Notes under the pieces: model-generated
The model's database searches: none
What the model saw: the letters and a program-made list of their open reading frames with translations, nothing else
Told to the model about the DNA's origin: nothing
Assembly: GCA_030265395.1 (NCBI GenBank)
Contig: JARFYF010000007.1
Location: forward strand, 32,854,131-32,918,130
DNA from: Rhina ancylostomus
Lineage: Eukaryota
DNA length: 64,000 nt
Direction: 5' to 3'
In this document: positions 13,355 to 25,650 of the stretch, one piece after another
Layout of the letters: each line of letters begins with the position of its first letter
Numbering within the stretch: position 1 is the stretch's first letter
Made by a program: the position numbers and the translations under genes

Positions 13355-13493
13355 CAGGCAGCATCTGTGGAGGGAAATGGACAGTCGACGTTATGGTTCA
13401 AGACCCTGCATCAGGACTATGACTTTGAGTCCCGATGAAGAGTCCTGACCTGAAATGTCGACTGTTTATTTTCCTCCATGGATGCTGCCTGAC
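13355..13493. mobile_element. Head-to-head palindromic Penelope-terminus element with two degenerate minimal hammerhead ribozyme motifs
   Basis: Arms 13355-13418 and 13428-13491 are inverted. + arm: AGTC-CCGATGA-AGAGTCCTGACCT-GAAAT-GTC-GACT. - arm: AGTC-CTGATGC-AGGGTCTTGAACC-ATAAC-GTC-GACT. Confidence 0.75.
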
Positions 13494-13496
13494 AGG

Positions 13497-13912
13497 CTGG
13501 TAAATTGGTTTGTTATTGTCACATGTACCAAGGTGCAGTGAAAAACTTTGATTTGCATGCCATCCATACAGATCAATTCATTACAACAGTATATTGAGGT
13601 AGTACAAGAATAACAGAATGCAGAATAAAGTTTTACAGTTACAGAGAAAGTGCAGTGCAGGCAGACAATAAGGTGCAAGGTCATAACGAGGTAGATTGTG
13701 AGGTCAAGGGTCCATCTTATCGTACTAGGAAATCATCCATAGTTTTATAACAAAATAGAAGCTGTTCTTGAGCCTGGTGGTACGTGCTATCTGGCTTTTG
13801 TATCTTCCCTATGGGAGAGGGCCGAAGAAAGAATGCCGGGATGGGAGACGTCAGCTGATTATGTCGGCTGCTTTCCGGAAGCAGCGGGAGGTGTAGACGG
13901 GAGTCCATGGAA
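13497..13912 (-). mobile_element. Rex1/Babar LINE 3' end
   Basis: The reverse strand encodes RTTRLKNSFY-like residues and has a 3' UTR ending tttcactgcaccttggtacatgtgacaataa. Confidence 0.8.
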
Positions 13913-14057
13913 GGGAATTCCCAATTAAGAAAATAAGGGGCAAATGGATGGGAAGAGGGAAGGAGGAGGGGAAGGGGAGAGGGGAGGGTTGGAGATCGAA
14001 TGAGAAGGGGAGGGCAGAGAGACGGAGCTAACAGATGTGGGGAGTGAACACTTCACA

Positions 14058-14190
14058 GAGACGCAAGACTGCAGGTGCTGGAATCTGGAGCACTGGTGAA
14101 GGCAAAAGGATGGTCAATGTTTCGGGTCAAGACCCTGCGTCAGGACTCAGAGTGCAGAGGGAAGATAACCGGTGTATGGAAGTGAGAGGG
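14058..14190 (-). mobile_element. Penelope-terminus short element with hammerhead-like motif
   Basis: The reverse strand reads AGTC-CTGACGC-A-GGGT(CTTG)ACCC-GAAAC-ATT-GACC, followed by ccagattccagcacctgcagtc. Confidence 0.7.
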
Positions 14191-15034
14191 AGAAGGGTCA
14201 CACAGGTCGGCACTGGAGTCAGAGGCTGCACCAGAGGGCACAATGCACCAAAGGGTTTCCCCAGAATAGTTGCTCACTCCGCCAGCCTGTCCACCAATCA
14301 CTCTGGTGCATGGCTGATCTGTCCAGGGAGGGTGAGCCCCAGCCCCAGTCCTCGTTCAGAGCATCATGTAAATAGGAACCTCCCGGAGCACACTCTATTC
14401 AGCAAGATCAGGGCCAGTCCTGTGTCTCCTCCGAGAAATCCCTCAACCTCAGCCTTCAACATACAGAGCGCCCTCTCAGAATTCCTGTGCGATCTTCATC
14501 ACCGGTCTCACTGATAGACTCCCCCACGTCCACTGAGTCCACACCAACCATAAACAACCCAATTATACCAATCCCACGNNNNNNNNNNNNNNNNNNNNNN
14601 NNNNNNNNNNNNNNNNNNNNNNNNNNNNNNNNNNNNNNNNNNNNNNNNNNNNNNNNNNNNNNNNNNNNNNNNNNNNNNTGCTTTAATGTTGAAGTTACTA
14701 AAAATAATGCTGGCAATTTTGAATTTTGCTGCTTGGGATTTCTCTTGATATTTTAAACACATTTAATTTGTATTTAATAATATGCAATTATTGTGGCTCT
14801 GGGCTCTCCCCAACTTTGGTCATAACCAAACATTGTACTGTTGTATCACAAGGGAATCATCCAGGTGCTGAAGTTATGGAATAAAAGGTCACTTTAACTT
14901 GATAATGATACTTTGCACCAGGTGAGTTATAAGAAAATGTTTAAAAACATTTTAAACTCATCATTCTCACATCAGTCAAATATGAATGGTTGATATGCTT
15001 CTGTGAAAGGTGCAAAGTGAAATAGGAGTGATTA

Positions 15035-15135
15035 AAAATAAAAACAGAAAACGCTGGAGATTCTTAAAATGTCAGGCAGTGTCCGTGGACAGAGAAACAG
15101 AGCTAATGCTTCAGGTGGAAGACCATTTTCATGGA
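15035..15135 (-). mobile_element. Penelope-terminus short element (old)
   Basis: aaacagaaaacgctggaga...gtcaggcagtgtccgtggacagagaaacagagctaatgcttcagg. Confidence 0.6.
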
Positions 15136-15715
15136 AGATTAATCCTGAATACAATTTCAAGTTAAACTATAATAAGGGAACATTTGCAAAGACAGGTAAA
15201 GGGCTAAATTCTGAAAACAGGTTTTCATACAGTGCTTAATTGTCTTCTGTGGGAGAATGGATATTTGATCAGATTGGTACAGTAGGTTTAGTGATTACCT
15301 TGGGTCTTGTATACCTTTACCTTTGTGAGGTACTTGAAGGATTAAGTAGCCACTTACAAACAGAAAATGAGAAAAGTTTAGAATTTTAATCTAATTGGCA
15401 GGAAACACAAGGATAAACTTAGTAAAGCTATGATATTGTTGTGGCATGCCAATGAGATTCCACAGAAAACTACCAGTTGAGGTGGGCCGCCTATTTTTAA
15501 TTATTAAGATTTTTGGGTTCTGGCATCACTGGCAAGGCCAGCATTTATTGCCCTTCTCTAATTAGACTTGAGAAGTTGGTGGTGGATCACCACATTCATC
15601 TGCTGCAGTCTTTCTGATGAAGGTAATACCACAATACTTTTGGGAAGGGCGCTCCAGGATGTAGACCCAGCCACAGTGAAGGACCAGTGATTTATTCTCA
15701 AGTCAGGATGGTACA

Positions 15716-16000
15716 TAGCAGATAGGAGTAGATAAGATTATGAGAGGCATAGATAAGTTGAAATCTTTTTCCCATGTTAGGGGTATCAAAACCAAGAAGG
15801 CATAGCATTAAGGTAAGAGGATGGAGTTTTATAGGGGATCTAAGGGACAATTTTTTTAACGTAAAGAGTAGATGATATTGAGAATGCACTGCCAGAGGAG
15901 GTGGGGGAATCAGAAACAATTATTATGTTTAAGAGGCATTTATTCAGGCACTTAAATAGACAAAGCATAGTAGGATATAATGTAATCCTAAAGTGGGCAG
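15716..16000 (+). mobile_element. CR1 3' fragment nested in older LINE
   Basis: Encodes IGVDKIMRGID..LFPM..SKPRRHSIKVRG, then NALPE and MFKRHL. Confidence 0.75.
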
Positions 16001-16004
16001 ATGA

Positions 16005-16160
16005 AACACCCCTGTCACTCCTGTCTCTATCAATAGTGCTGAGGTGGAGATGATTGAGAGTTTCAAATTCCTAGGTGTAAATATCACCAATGACTTGACC
16101 TGATCCAGCCACATGGATGCTATGGCTAAGAAAGCACACCAGAGCCTCTCCTTCCTCAGT
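16005..16160 (+). mobile_element. Rex1/Babar fragment
   Basis: PVSINSAEVEMIESFKFLGVNITNDLT*SSHMDAMAKKAHQSLSFL. Confidence 0.8.
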
Positions 16161-17119
16161 AAATGGTGGAAGGGACTTGGAGTGTCAAGAGGTGAGTCAC
16201 ATGCTGCAGGATACTTAGCCTCTGATGGCTCTTATAGTCTGTATATGCCGGGTCCAGTTGAGTTTCTAGTCAATGGTAACCTATGGATGTTGATGGTGGG
16301 GTCTCAGTGTTAGTAATGCCATTGGATGTCAAGGGGAGGTGGTAGGACATTCCCTTGTTGGAGATGGTCATTGCCTGGCACTTTTGGCCCTTGAATGTTT
16401 CTTGCCACTTATCAGCCCATGCCTGAATGTTGTCTAGGTCTTGCTGCATACAGGTATGGACTGCTTCATTTATTGAGGGATTGCAAATAAGAATGAACAT
16501 TGTGCCAGCAACAGTAAACATCTTTGGTCCTGACTGAAGACACATGCAGATCAACACCTTTGCCCACATGGTTAGTAAAAAGCACAGGCTTGAAGCCTGG
16601 ACAGATCTGTCTTCTTCCTTTTAAGTCACCATCACTTGCTGCTTCTCATTGGGATTTCGGATTCATCCAGCATATTTCCTTCAGTAAATGGTGACGTTGT
16701 CCTCTTATCTTTCTCTCATATCTGAATCCTTTTGGCCTTAAGAATGTACTGCTGACTATATCAGGTGTTATAATTCAAAATCATTATTGTCGTAGAACTC
16801 TCATAAACATGTAACTTCTTCCGAACAAATGATCTCATTGAGATTGCACAGAGATCAACATTTATATAAACTGGAGATTAAAATAGCCATTTCTCCATCC
16901 TTTGAGCTGCTGCACGTTTAATCATTTCAAGACTCAATCTGAACAGAATTTCAGCAGAAAACCTAAAATAATTATTGATCCTGAACTTGTGAAAACCTTC
17001 AACATGACATCTGCAACTAAACTGATTACCTTTCCTCGGCAATATTCTACAGATAATATTTATGGTCAGATGAGGATTTTAAATTTTATGTTAACATTCA
17101 AAGCTCATAAATCATGTTA

Positions 17120-18790
17120 AGTTGAGTTTATTGTCAGATGCACAAGTACAAGTGTGCACAGGTGCAATGAAAAATGTACTTGCCACAGCATCCCAGGCAA
17201 ATTGCATCATATCAGCAGTATTCACAAAAAAAAACATAAATTGAACATAAATTATACATGATTTTTACAAGAAAGAATACAATTAGAACAAAAAAACAAA
17301 GTCCATTTTAGTGCAGTGATNNNNNNNNNNNNNNNNNNNNNNNNNNNNNNNNNNNNNNNNNNNNNNNNNNNNNNNTTCAAGAACCGAATGGTTGAAGGGA
17401 AGTAGCTGCTCTTGAACCTGGTGGTGTGGGACTTCAGGCTTCTGTACCTCCTACCTGATGGTAGCTGTGAAAAAATAGAATGGCCCAGACAGTGGGCATC
17501 CTTGATGATAGACGTTGCCTTCTTGAGGCAGCACCTCCTGTACATACTACCGATGTTAGGGAGGGATGTGCCCGTGATGTATTGGGCAGAGTCCACTACT
17601 CTCTGCAGCTTCTTATGTTCCTGTGCATTCGAATTGCTGTACCAAACCATGATGCAAGCAGTTAGAATACTTTCTCTAGTACATCTGTAGAAGTTTGTTA
17701 CAGTGTTCAGTGACAAGCTGAACCTCCTTAATCTCCTAAGGAAGTAAAAATGCTGGCACACTTTCCTTATGGTTGCATCTATGTGCTGGGCCCACAACAG
17801 GTTATCCAGTATGTTGACGTCCAGGAATTCAAAGCTGCTGACTCTCTCCACCACCAATCCCCCAACATAGACTGGTGCATGTTTGCCCTCCTTCCCTTCC
17901 TGAAGTCAATAGTCAGTTCTTTAGTTTTGCTGACATTGAGTGAGAGGTTGTTGTTGCGGCACCACTCAACAGGTGTCTTATCTCACTCCAGTAAACTGAC
18001 TCATCACCACCTGTGATTTGTCCAATAACAGTAGTGCTGTCAATGAATTTGAAGCTGGCATTGGAGGTGTGCTTAGCCACACAGTCATATGTGTATAGAG
18101 AGTAGAGCAGGGGGGCTAAGCACGCAGCCTTGAGGTGCACCTGTGTTGATGGTCAGCGAGGTGGAGATGTTGTTGCCAATCCTCACTGATTGAGGTCTGC
18201 CAATGAGGAAGTCAAATATCCAGTTGCAGAGGGAGGTACAGGGACCCAGATCTTGGAGCTNNNNNNNNNNNNNNNNNNNNNNNNNNNNNNNNNNNNNNNN
18301 NNNNNNNNNNNNNNNNNNNNNNNNNNNNNNNNNNNNNNNNNNNNNNNNNNNNNNNNNNNNNNNNNNNNNNNNNNNNNNNNNNNNNNNNNNNNNNNNNNNN
18401 NNNNNNNNNNNNNNNNNNAAGCGGATCCAGGTCACCTCTGAGGCGGGAGTTGATTCAGTCATAACCAACCTCTTGAAGCACTTCATTACAGTTGATTAAG
18501 CATTACTGGACAGTACTCATTGAGGCAGGTCACCACGTTCTTCTTGGGCACTGGTACAATGGATGCCTTTTGAGGCAGGTGGGAACTTCAGACCGCAGAA
18601 GTGAGAGGTTGAATATGTCCATAAATACTCCAGCCAGTTGGTCTGCACAGATCGTTAGTACTCAGCTATGTACGTGGTCTGGACCAGATGCCTTTTGTGG
18701 ATTCACCCTCTTGAAGAATGCCTGGATGTTGGCCTCAGAGACTGAAATTATAGGGTCATCAGGAGATGTGGGGGCTTGTGTGGATGTGTC
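17120..18790 (-). mobile_element. Rex1/Babar LINE, 5'-truncated (RT and 3' UTR), with gaps
   Basis: Minus ORFs give [53 protein letters not shown] and FLRRLRRF..TNFYRCT.ESIL...LPSGRRYRSL...TTRFKSSYFP. The 3' UTR ends gacaataaac. Confidence 0.92.
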
Positions 18791-18849
18791 TTATGCCTTT
18801 TGCATATACTTGGAGCAAATATGTTCTTCTCTAAATTTTTTCTTTTAAT

Positions 18850-19087
18850 TTTACTTACAGTGTGGTAACAGGCCCTTCCGGCCCAACAGGTCCGTGCTGC
18901 CCATTTTAAACCCCAAATTAACCTACCTGTACGTCATTAGAATGTGGGGGGGGAACCGGAGCACCCCGAGGAAACCCACGCAGACATGGGACAATGTACA
19001 AACTCCTTACAGACAACGACGGGAATCGAACTCCGATCACTGCCGCTGTAATAGCGTTGCGCTAACTGCTATACTATCGTGCTGCCC
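18850..19087 (-). mobile_element. V-SINE (relatively young, CpG-retaining)
   Basis: Reverse tRNA head (gggcagcacgatagtatagcagttagcgc...gttcgattccc) and V-domain (gggtttcctcggggtgctccggtt). Confidence 0.85.
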
Positions 19088-21339
19088 ACTACGCTACCGT
19101 TGCTTTATAGTCATTTTCCATTGAGCTAGTCTTAAAAGGATTTCTTTAAACAAATATATTTGGGTTCTTGCTTACTGATTAAGGAAGTACCTTTGAGGTA
19201 CAATTCAGGTCACATCTCTTTGGAGAATCCAGATCAACTTAAAAGATTATTTTAATAGTCCAGGCTCCTCTCCCGTAAACAGTTAAAGGATTTTTGCAGT
19301 GTTTAATTAATAGAGGCAGACATGTATTAAAGGCAATCATTGCCATTATTATCTTTCAGCTTGACTTCTTCCTCACATAGCCAATGTACTGATATCCAAA
19401 TTGTTCACAAAATATTGTACAAACTTAACCTGGGTCAGAATTTTTGAAGTTAGTTGTTGCCAGAGGTCACCATCGAGATAAAGAAAGCAATAATAAGCCG
19501 ATACTGAACTCGGATAGTATCATCTTTGTCACAAGACATACACATTTTTCAGATTTGGCTCTAGAAAATTCTCACAGTTTCTAAATCCTTTCAACTACTC
19601 TTAGTCTCTCCACCCACCCCCCAGACACAGGTACTTAGAAACTTGACATGACCTTGCCCAAGTAAACATGCTGTCATAAGTTACAGCAACTCGGAATACT
19701 CCTCTTGTTCCAGGCATGTGGAGCCAAATACCCAACATGTGGAGCATTCACCCAGCAATGGACTGCATGGACCAGCAATGAGCAAATCACTATTACAATA
19801 AATTGAATATCTTTCATTGTTGGTTTAATGCCAAACCTGCATCAATAGGTTCAGCTTTTTATATTTTATTTTTTATTCTCTGAATATTGTGATACAACTG
19901 ACCTTTAATGTCTGCCTGATAAGGAAGAGCTGTCCTTCTTCAACTGTCTTACTTTTAGATGTTTCGCCATGTCCTTTCAGAGTGTATTAAAGTTCATCCA
20001 CAATATGTCAAATAGTAATTCTATATAAAAAGAAATGAAAGAGATGCATTTATATGGCACCTTTCATAACCCTTTCAGAAAAGCTCATATTCTCTAGGTT
20101 ATGGATATAATCTCAGATTTCTGGCTTTTCTTTTGGGCTTCTTTTCATTCTGCCTAATAAAGGAAAATAACTAGTGGATGAAAATGGGATTTGTTTTACC
20201 TGCTTTTGCAAAGAACTCTGCAAACTATTTTTCAGAAGTGTGTGTGTATAATTGTACTCCATGATGCAATTCTTTCAGGTTCTGGAAATATTCAGTCACT
20301 TTCTCTTTGATGAATCTCAATGTAATTTATGGAAAATCATTTGTTTTGTGTGAGATGTAGCAGAGAAATAATTTTCTCCATACTAGTGTTGCAAAAGGTT
20401 CAACCCAATTCAAGAATAATCCTCTAATATATAATATATGGACTGCACAAAAACATTTGAGAACTTCTTGAATCAACTTAAAATAGAACATGAATATTTT
20501 ACTTTGGAAGTAGTTAACAGAAAAAAAAATTTTTTTATTAGTTTAAATCTGTCAATGTTAATAAAGTATGACCTGGACTTGACTTTGTGGAATCATGGTG
20601 TATGCTATCTAAAAATTCAAAATATGCAGAATTGGTAAGCTAATTAGATGTTCCTTGTAACAGTTTGTTAGTTGATATTTTTTTTCATCAGCATCCTGTG
20701 AACGCACTGAGTTAAAACTATACTGGAATATTCAAATTTGCAATAATTGGTCCCAAGATTCCCCTTAATGCCTGAACTGTCAATTGGCAACAAAATTTAC
20801 CGACACACAGAAAAAGAAATCCTTGTGTGTTACCATTGGAGGATACAAAATGCAAACAGTGCCATTTTCTTTTAATAAGCTCAGCTTGTAGTCACTGCAT
20901 TTATTAATACAGCCTGCAGATTTACTGCTGTGATGATGTGTGCATTGATTGTGCAGGCCACAAGTATGCAGAGCAGACAGAGTGTTGAGTCATTCCCAAT
21001 GCCGATTTGATGCCAGTTCTGCCAAATTGGGCTGCAATGATCCAGGTAATGCCATGTGTTAATCAAGTACAAGGTGTTTATGAGTAGGAAGAACTCTTCC
21101 CACCTGTACTATTTAAAGGGATCTAGGTGACTTGTTAGTGATTGACTATGAGTGGATTATGTTAGAGAAAACTGCAGTGATCCTTCATCATTGCTTTGAT
21201 TAAATCCTGAAACTCCTTATCCAAGAACACAGAGAGAGGACCTTCACTAGCAATTCAAGAAGGTGGCTCTCCATCACTTGCTAAGATCCTGAAACAAAAA
21301 GCAAATGAATATCTTCACATCCTTAGTATAAGACTGCGT

Positions 21340-21544
21340 ATGTGCAGAAGTTCTTTGATGGTCAATGCCTGACATGTGAGAGCTTTTACAGCAAATTCTT
21401 CTTGTCGGCAGCTGGCTATTCTGTGACAAGTGAATTACTCCTGACTCCTCAAAAATTTCCACCCACATGAAATATGTCAGTAATGTGGTGCAATGCTCTT
21501 TATTTACCTTGCTGAGTGCAGCTCCAACACTCAAGGAACTTGAT
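21340..21544 (+). mobile_element. Old CR1-clade fragment, left half of element split by Tx1
   Basis: Encodes LLTPQ...LSAAPTLKELD. The reading continues at 23649 as DGIQD.KAA. Confidence 0.6.
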
Positions 21545-23648
21545 TTTTTTAAATTTCAAAAATAAACTTTATTCATCATAAATATATATACACAAAGGAA
21601 GAAACAGTGCAAAACAACTTTTACATTCATGGTTGTTACATTCAGTAAACTTTTTTAAAGAAAGACAAACAAACAACATAGTACCATGCCACACATGTGA
21701 CCCCCTGGGGTGACGTGCCCTGTGTTCGAGGGGCTTCCCCACCGAACTCCACCCCTCCATGTGTGGTAGCAGAAGGAGCCCGGACTGTGATCCTTCCCCA
21801 CAGCGCCTTAGCATTGGCTGCACCCAGCTTCNNNNNNNNNNNNNNNNNNNNNNNNNNNNNNNNNNNNNNNNNNNNNNNNNNNNNNNNNNNNNNNNNNNNN
21901 NNNNNNNNNNNNNNNNNNNNNNNNNNNNNNNGCCCCTCAGCACGTACTCCTGAAGTCTGGATTGTGCCAGTCTGCAGCATTCCCTTACAGGCATCTCACT
22001 GTGCTGGAAGACCAACAAGTTCTGGGCAGACCAAAGGACATCTTTCACTGAGTTGATGACCTTCCACTTGATGTCTGTCTTGTTGTGTATCCTCGGGAAC
22101 AGCCTGTAGTTCAAAGAGTCCTCTGTTACGCAGCTGCTGGAGATGAACCAGGACATAGACCCTTTCATCCATCTCCACACCCTCCTTGCAAATCCACAGT
22201 CTACAAAGAGGTGGGTGACCGTCTCTTCCCCACCGCAGTTGTCCCCAAGACAGCATACATTGGGGGTGATTTGTCATCTGTACAGGACATCTTGGAGCTT
22301 GTTGGTGAGATCTGGCGATGAGGCATTCTGGCAGATGGTTTGGACAGTCTGCTCAGGGAACACCGCACTGTATCCATACCGTCCCTGTCCCACAGTATCT
22401 GCAGGGCAATCTGCGCTGACCACTGGCTGATGAACTTGTGGTCAAAGGTGTTTACTTGGAAGTATTCTCCCACAAAGGACAGGTAGTGTGGCAATGTCCA
22501 GCTGACTAGGATATTGTGCAGTAATGGGACCAGGCCTATCTTCTGCAACACCAGAGACAGGTAGAACCTTAGCACATAGTGACACATGGTGCCCACGTAC
22601 TTTGGATCCATACACCACCTGATACAGCTACACACAAAGGTGGTTATCAGGATGAGATCGCAGAGGCCCTTGCAGGGAATTCTCTGCCCACAGAAGCAGT
22701 GGAGGCTACCTCATTAAGGATATTTAAGACACAGTTAGATAGATTTTTGCATAGTAGGGGAATTAAGGGTTATGTGGAAAAGGCTGGTAGGTAGAGCTGA
22801 GTCCACGGCCAGATCAGCCATGATCTTATTGAATGGTGGAGCAGGCTCGACGGGCCAGATGGCCGACTCCTGNNNNNNNNNNNNNNNNNNNNNNNNNNNN
22901 NNNNNNNNNNNNNNNNNNNNNNNNNNNNNNNNNNNNNNNNNNNNNNNNNNNNNNNNNNNNNNNNNNNNNNNNNNNNNNNNNNNNNNNNNNNNNNNNNNNN
23001 NNNNNNNNNNNNNNNNNNNNNNNNNNNNNNNNNNNNNNNNNNNNNNNNNNNNNNNNNNNNNNNNNNNNNNNNNNNNNNNNNNNNNNNNNNNNNNNNNNNN
23101 NNNNNNNNNNNNNNNNNNNNNNNNNNNNNNNNNNNNNNNNNNNNNNNNNNNNNNNNNNNNNNNNNNNNNNNNNNNNNNNNNNNNNNNNNNNNNNNNNNNN
23201 NNNNNNNNNNNNNNNNNNNNNNNNNNNNNNNNNNNNNNNNNNNNNNNNNNNNNNNNNNNNNNNNNNNNNNNNNNNNNNNNNNNNNNNNNNNNNNNNNNNN
23301 NNNNNNNNNNNNNNNNNNNNNCAGTCCCACAGAGCTGAGTACAACTCTGCCAATAAGCCTTCACTTCTGGGAGTTTTGCTCATGCTAAGGGAACAGATGG
23401 AGCCAGTCAATTTCTCCAGGGATGATGGCTGATCCAGGCTCTCCTGCTAGCTGTCGTCTAGCACCTCCATGATAGAAGACAGGAAATTTTGGAAGGCTGT
23501 GCTGTCTGTGGTCTTACTGTCATACAGACCAGCATAAAAGGATCTGCAGATCCTCAGTATGCCTGTCTGTGAGGATGTTACAGAGCCGTCCTCTTTCTTA
23601 AGGCTGTGGATCACAGAACTCCCCCTTTTGGAAGAAGATGTGTGGAGT
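21545..23648 (-). mobile_element. Tx1-clade (L1-like) non-LTR retrotransposon, 5'-truncated ORF2, gapped
   Basis: Minus ORFs give LKKEDGSVTSSQ..ILRICRSFYAGLY, SKTP.SEGL.AELYSALWD and INSVKDVLWSAQNLLVFQHSE..ECCRLA.SRLQEYVLR..KLGAANAKALWG. The 3' end has AATAAA and an A-tail. Confidence 0.85.
22650..22872 (+). mobile_element. Young CR1 3' end nested inside Tx1
   Basis: NSLPTEAVEATSLRIFKTQLDRFL..RGIKGY, then the conserved 3' UTR agatcagccatgatcttattgaatggtggagcaggctcgacgggccagatggccgactcctg. Confidence 0.88.
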
Positions 23649-23760
23649 TTGATGGCATTCAGGATAATAAAGCAGCTTGCCTGTATAATCCTGTATCTGG
23701 AACTCTGAACATTGCCTCCCTCTGACACATGCACATCATAGCAGCAATGTGTACCACCGA
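23649..23760 (+). mobile_element. Old CR1-clade fragment, right half
   Basis: DGIQD.KAA.L...TLNIASL...I.AAMCT continues the fragment that ends at 21544. Confidence 0.55.
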
Positions 23761-24149
23761 AGAGTTAAAACTTTCCCCATTTTAAATTCACATTTTCACA
23801 TCTTCCAACAATTCGAATATTAGAAACTCTTAAGTCCTCTCATTAGATTTTACACCCCCACATAGATTGCTGGGAATTGCGGATATCATTGATGAAAAGG
23901 AAATGATTTTCAGTTGTAAGTTCAGATCAATTGATCTGTTGCGTGTCTGCAACTGGTTTGCCTCTTCCCTTAGAACAGGTCAGAGAATTCTTATCACTGG
24001 AAAAATCTTGAGCTTTGCAAGCAGACACCAGTGGAATAAGTGCTATGGTGGTTTCAAGAAGGCGTCGGGTACAGTCCCCACCAAAAACTATGACAGTGTG
24101 TCATGGTGGAATCCGCAGAGAGCAGCAGATAGGAAAGCAATGGAAGGGC

Positions 24150-24800
24150 CAAGGTCACAGGAGGTATGTGACAGTGTTAACAGAGACTCTACCTCCTGGA
24201 CCTACCTGTAGTATAATATGTCCACAGGTTAGGTTGAAATGAAAGGCAGTCATGGAATCTGCAAACTTAATTAATAAATGCTGCTCCCATTGCCTGTCTG
24301 TGTGAGCATCACCTCTTTCCTCATTATTCAGTTTCCTTTCTGTGCCTGCTGGAGACAAAGTCAGTCTAAATGGATATGGCAAGTGGACTCTTCTCTGGAG
24401 TGTTGATTTATATCAACTTCCACTTTGACAATTTCCAGAATGAGCTGGCACCTGCATTCATCTTTCCAGCTGGATTCTCAATGTCAACCGTTGCCACATG
24501 TGATAATCCGTGAACCTTCAGTTCAGCTGGAGCTTCGCCAACCAAACAGGATTCCACTTAATCAATGTGCCACAAATGTTCAACCACAAGTATGTTTGCC
24601 TAATTCCTCTAGGCTTTTACACTCAGGCAGTCCAAACTTGCCATTGTTTTGATCCAGGGATCAGGATAAAACTGCTGTTGGAAGATATGGAAAGCCCAGC
24701 AATCAGGTACAGGCCCACCTCAATGAGAGCCACATATCCAGCTGGTGCCATTGAGCAGTGTGAGGAGACACTCTAAGTACCTGGACACATCCCGTTCAGT
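24150..24800 (+). mobile_element. Decayed PIF/Harbinger (HARBI1-like DDE) transposase relic
   Basis: Colinear degenerate motifs: LNGY-ASGLF (~LNFYASGSF), PHVIIREP (~THVAIRAP), FANQTGFHLINV (~FVNRKGFHSINVQ), LLLED (~LLGD) and NESH..AIEQ. Many frameshifts. Confidence 0.6.
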
Positions 24801-25582
24801 AGCAAAAAAAAATGGTGAAAGATAACCAAAGGCCTCATCAGGGCTGTTCTGATGAGCAGAACGTTGTATTTGAGATGGAGCAGATTGAAGATAAGCTACC
24901 CATAAACAGACCAGCCATCTCTACAGTGGGTTCCTCAGCTACCTTTAATGGGGGAAAAAAATGAAATGAAGTGCAACACCATCAAGTCTCTCTTGTGCAC
25001 AAAACAGTCTTTCAAGCTCACAACCACCAGAGATTCCTGCCATATATTAACATTTATCTTCACACAGTGCAAAGAAGAATACAGCTGCTCAGAGCTGGCC
25101 GTGCCACCAGAATCTGCTCATGGAATCACCCATGAAAACCTAACTGCCTGTTTAATTGGATCTACCAATGTGTGAGTGTCTGCATCAATGAACGGGGCTG
25201 TGTGTCCTCTCTCAGGAGGAATGAGGTGACCTCCTGAGGAATTCTCCTTATTGTTGTCCTGTAATTAGACTACTCCATGTGCAGACTCTTGCTTATTGTG
25301 AATCCAGCCTAAGCAGCCCCAGTCTCCTGTATATACGTTTCAGTATTAACTCTTTAAATTGTGCATCCTAGAGATTATGTCATTGGAATGTATCATGCCC
25401 AGTGTCACAAAAATTCAAAAAGAAAAGAAAACATTTATTTATTCCCTTGGTTTGCTACACTCACTCCCAACACCCCCTCACCCCACTTTCCCCCAACAAC
25501 TCAAACTTGCCTTATCATAGATCTTATCAGAGAATTATAGAGATCCATTCATGTCTACATCTTTCATGTTCATGTTTGTCAT

Positions 25583-25650
25583 GAAGTCACACAGCATGGA
25601 AACAGGCCCTTTGGCCCAACTCATCCATGCTTACTATGTTCCCTAGCCAG
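25583..25650 (-). mobile_element. CR1/SINE 3' tail fragment
   Basis: cacagcatggaaacaggccctttggcccaactcatccatg. Confidence 0.65.

Larger units (their letters stand above)
15515..16540 (-). mobile_element. Old CR1-clade LINE interrupted by two younger fragments
   Basis: 3' end ggcaaggccagcatttattgccc (15531). RT C-terminus MQQDLDNIQAWADKWQ..F...KCQAMTISNK (16270-16450). Confidence 0.7.

Noticed and set aside
14035-14514. 159-aa GC-richer ORF as a host gene or first exon
   Set aside because: It begins inside a Penelope-terminus repeat, the rest resembles degenerate CR1 3' UTR pieces on the minus strand, and it has no recognisable domain.
17252-17857. 201-aa ORF as a functional gene
   Set aside because: It is the C-terminal part of a frameshifted, truncated Rex1/Babar ORF.
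23867-24242. Overlapping ORFs with an apparent AG...GTATGT exon
   Set aside because: No recognisable host protein. The region runs into the decayed Harbinger transposase relic.
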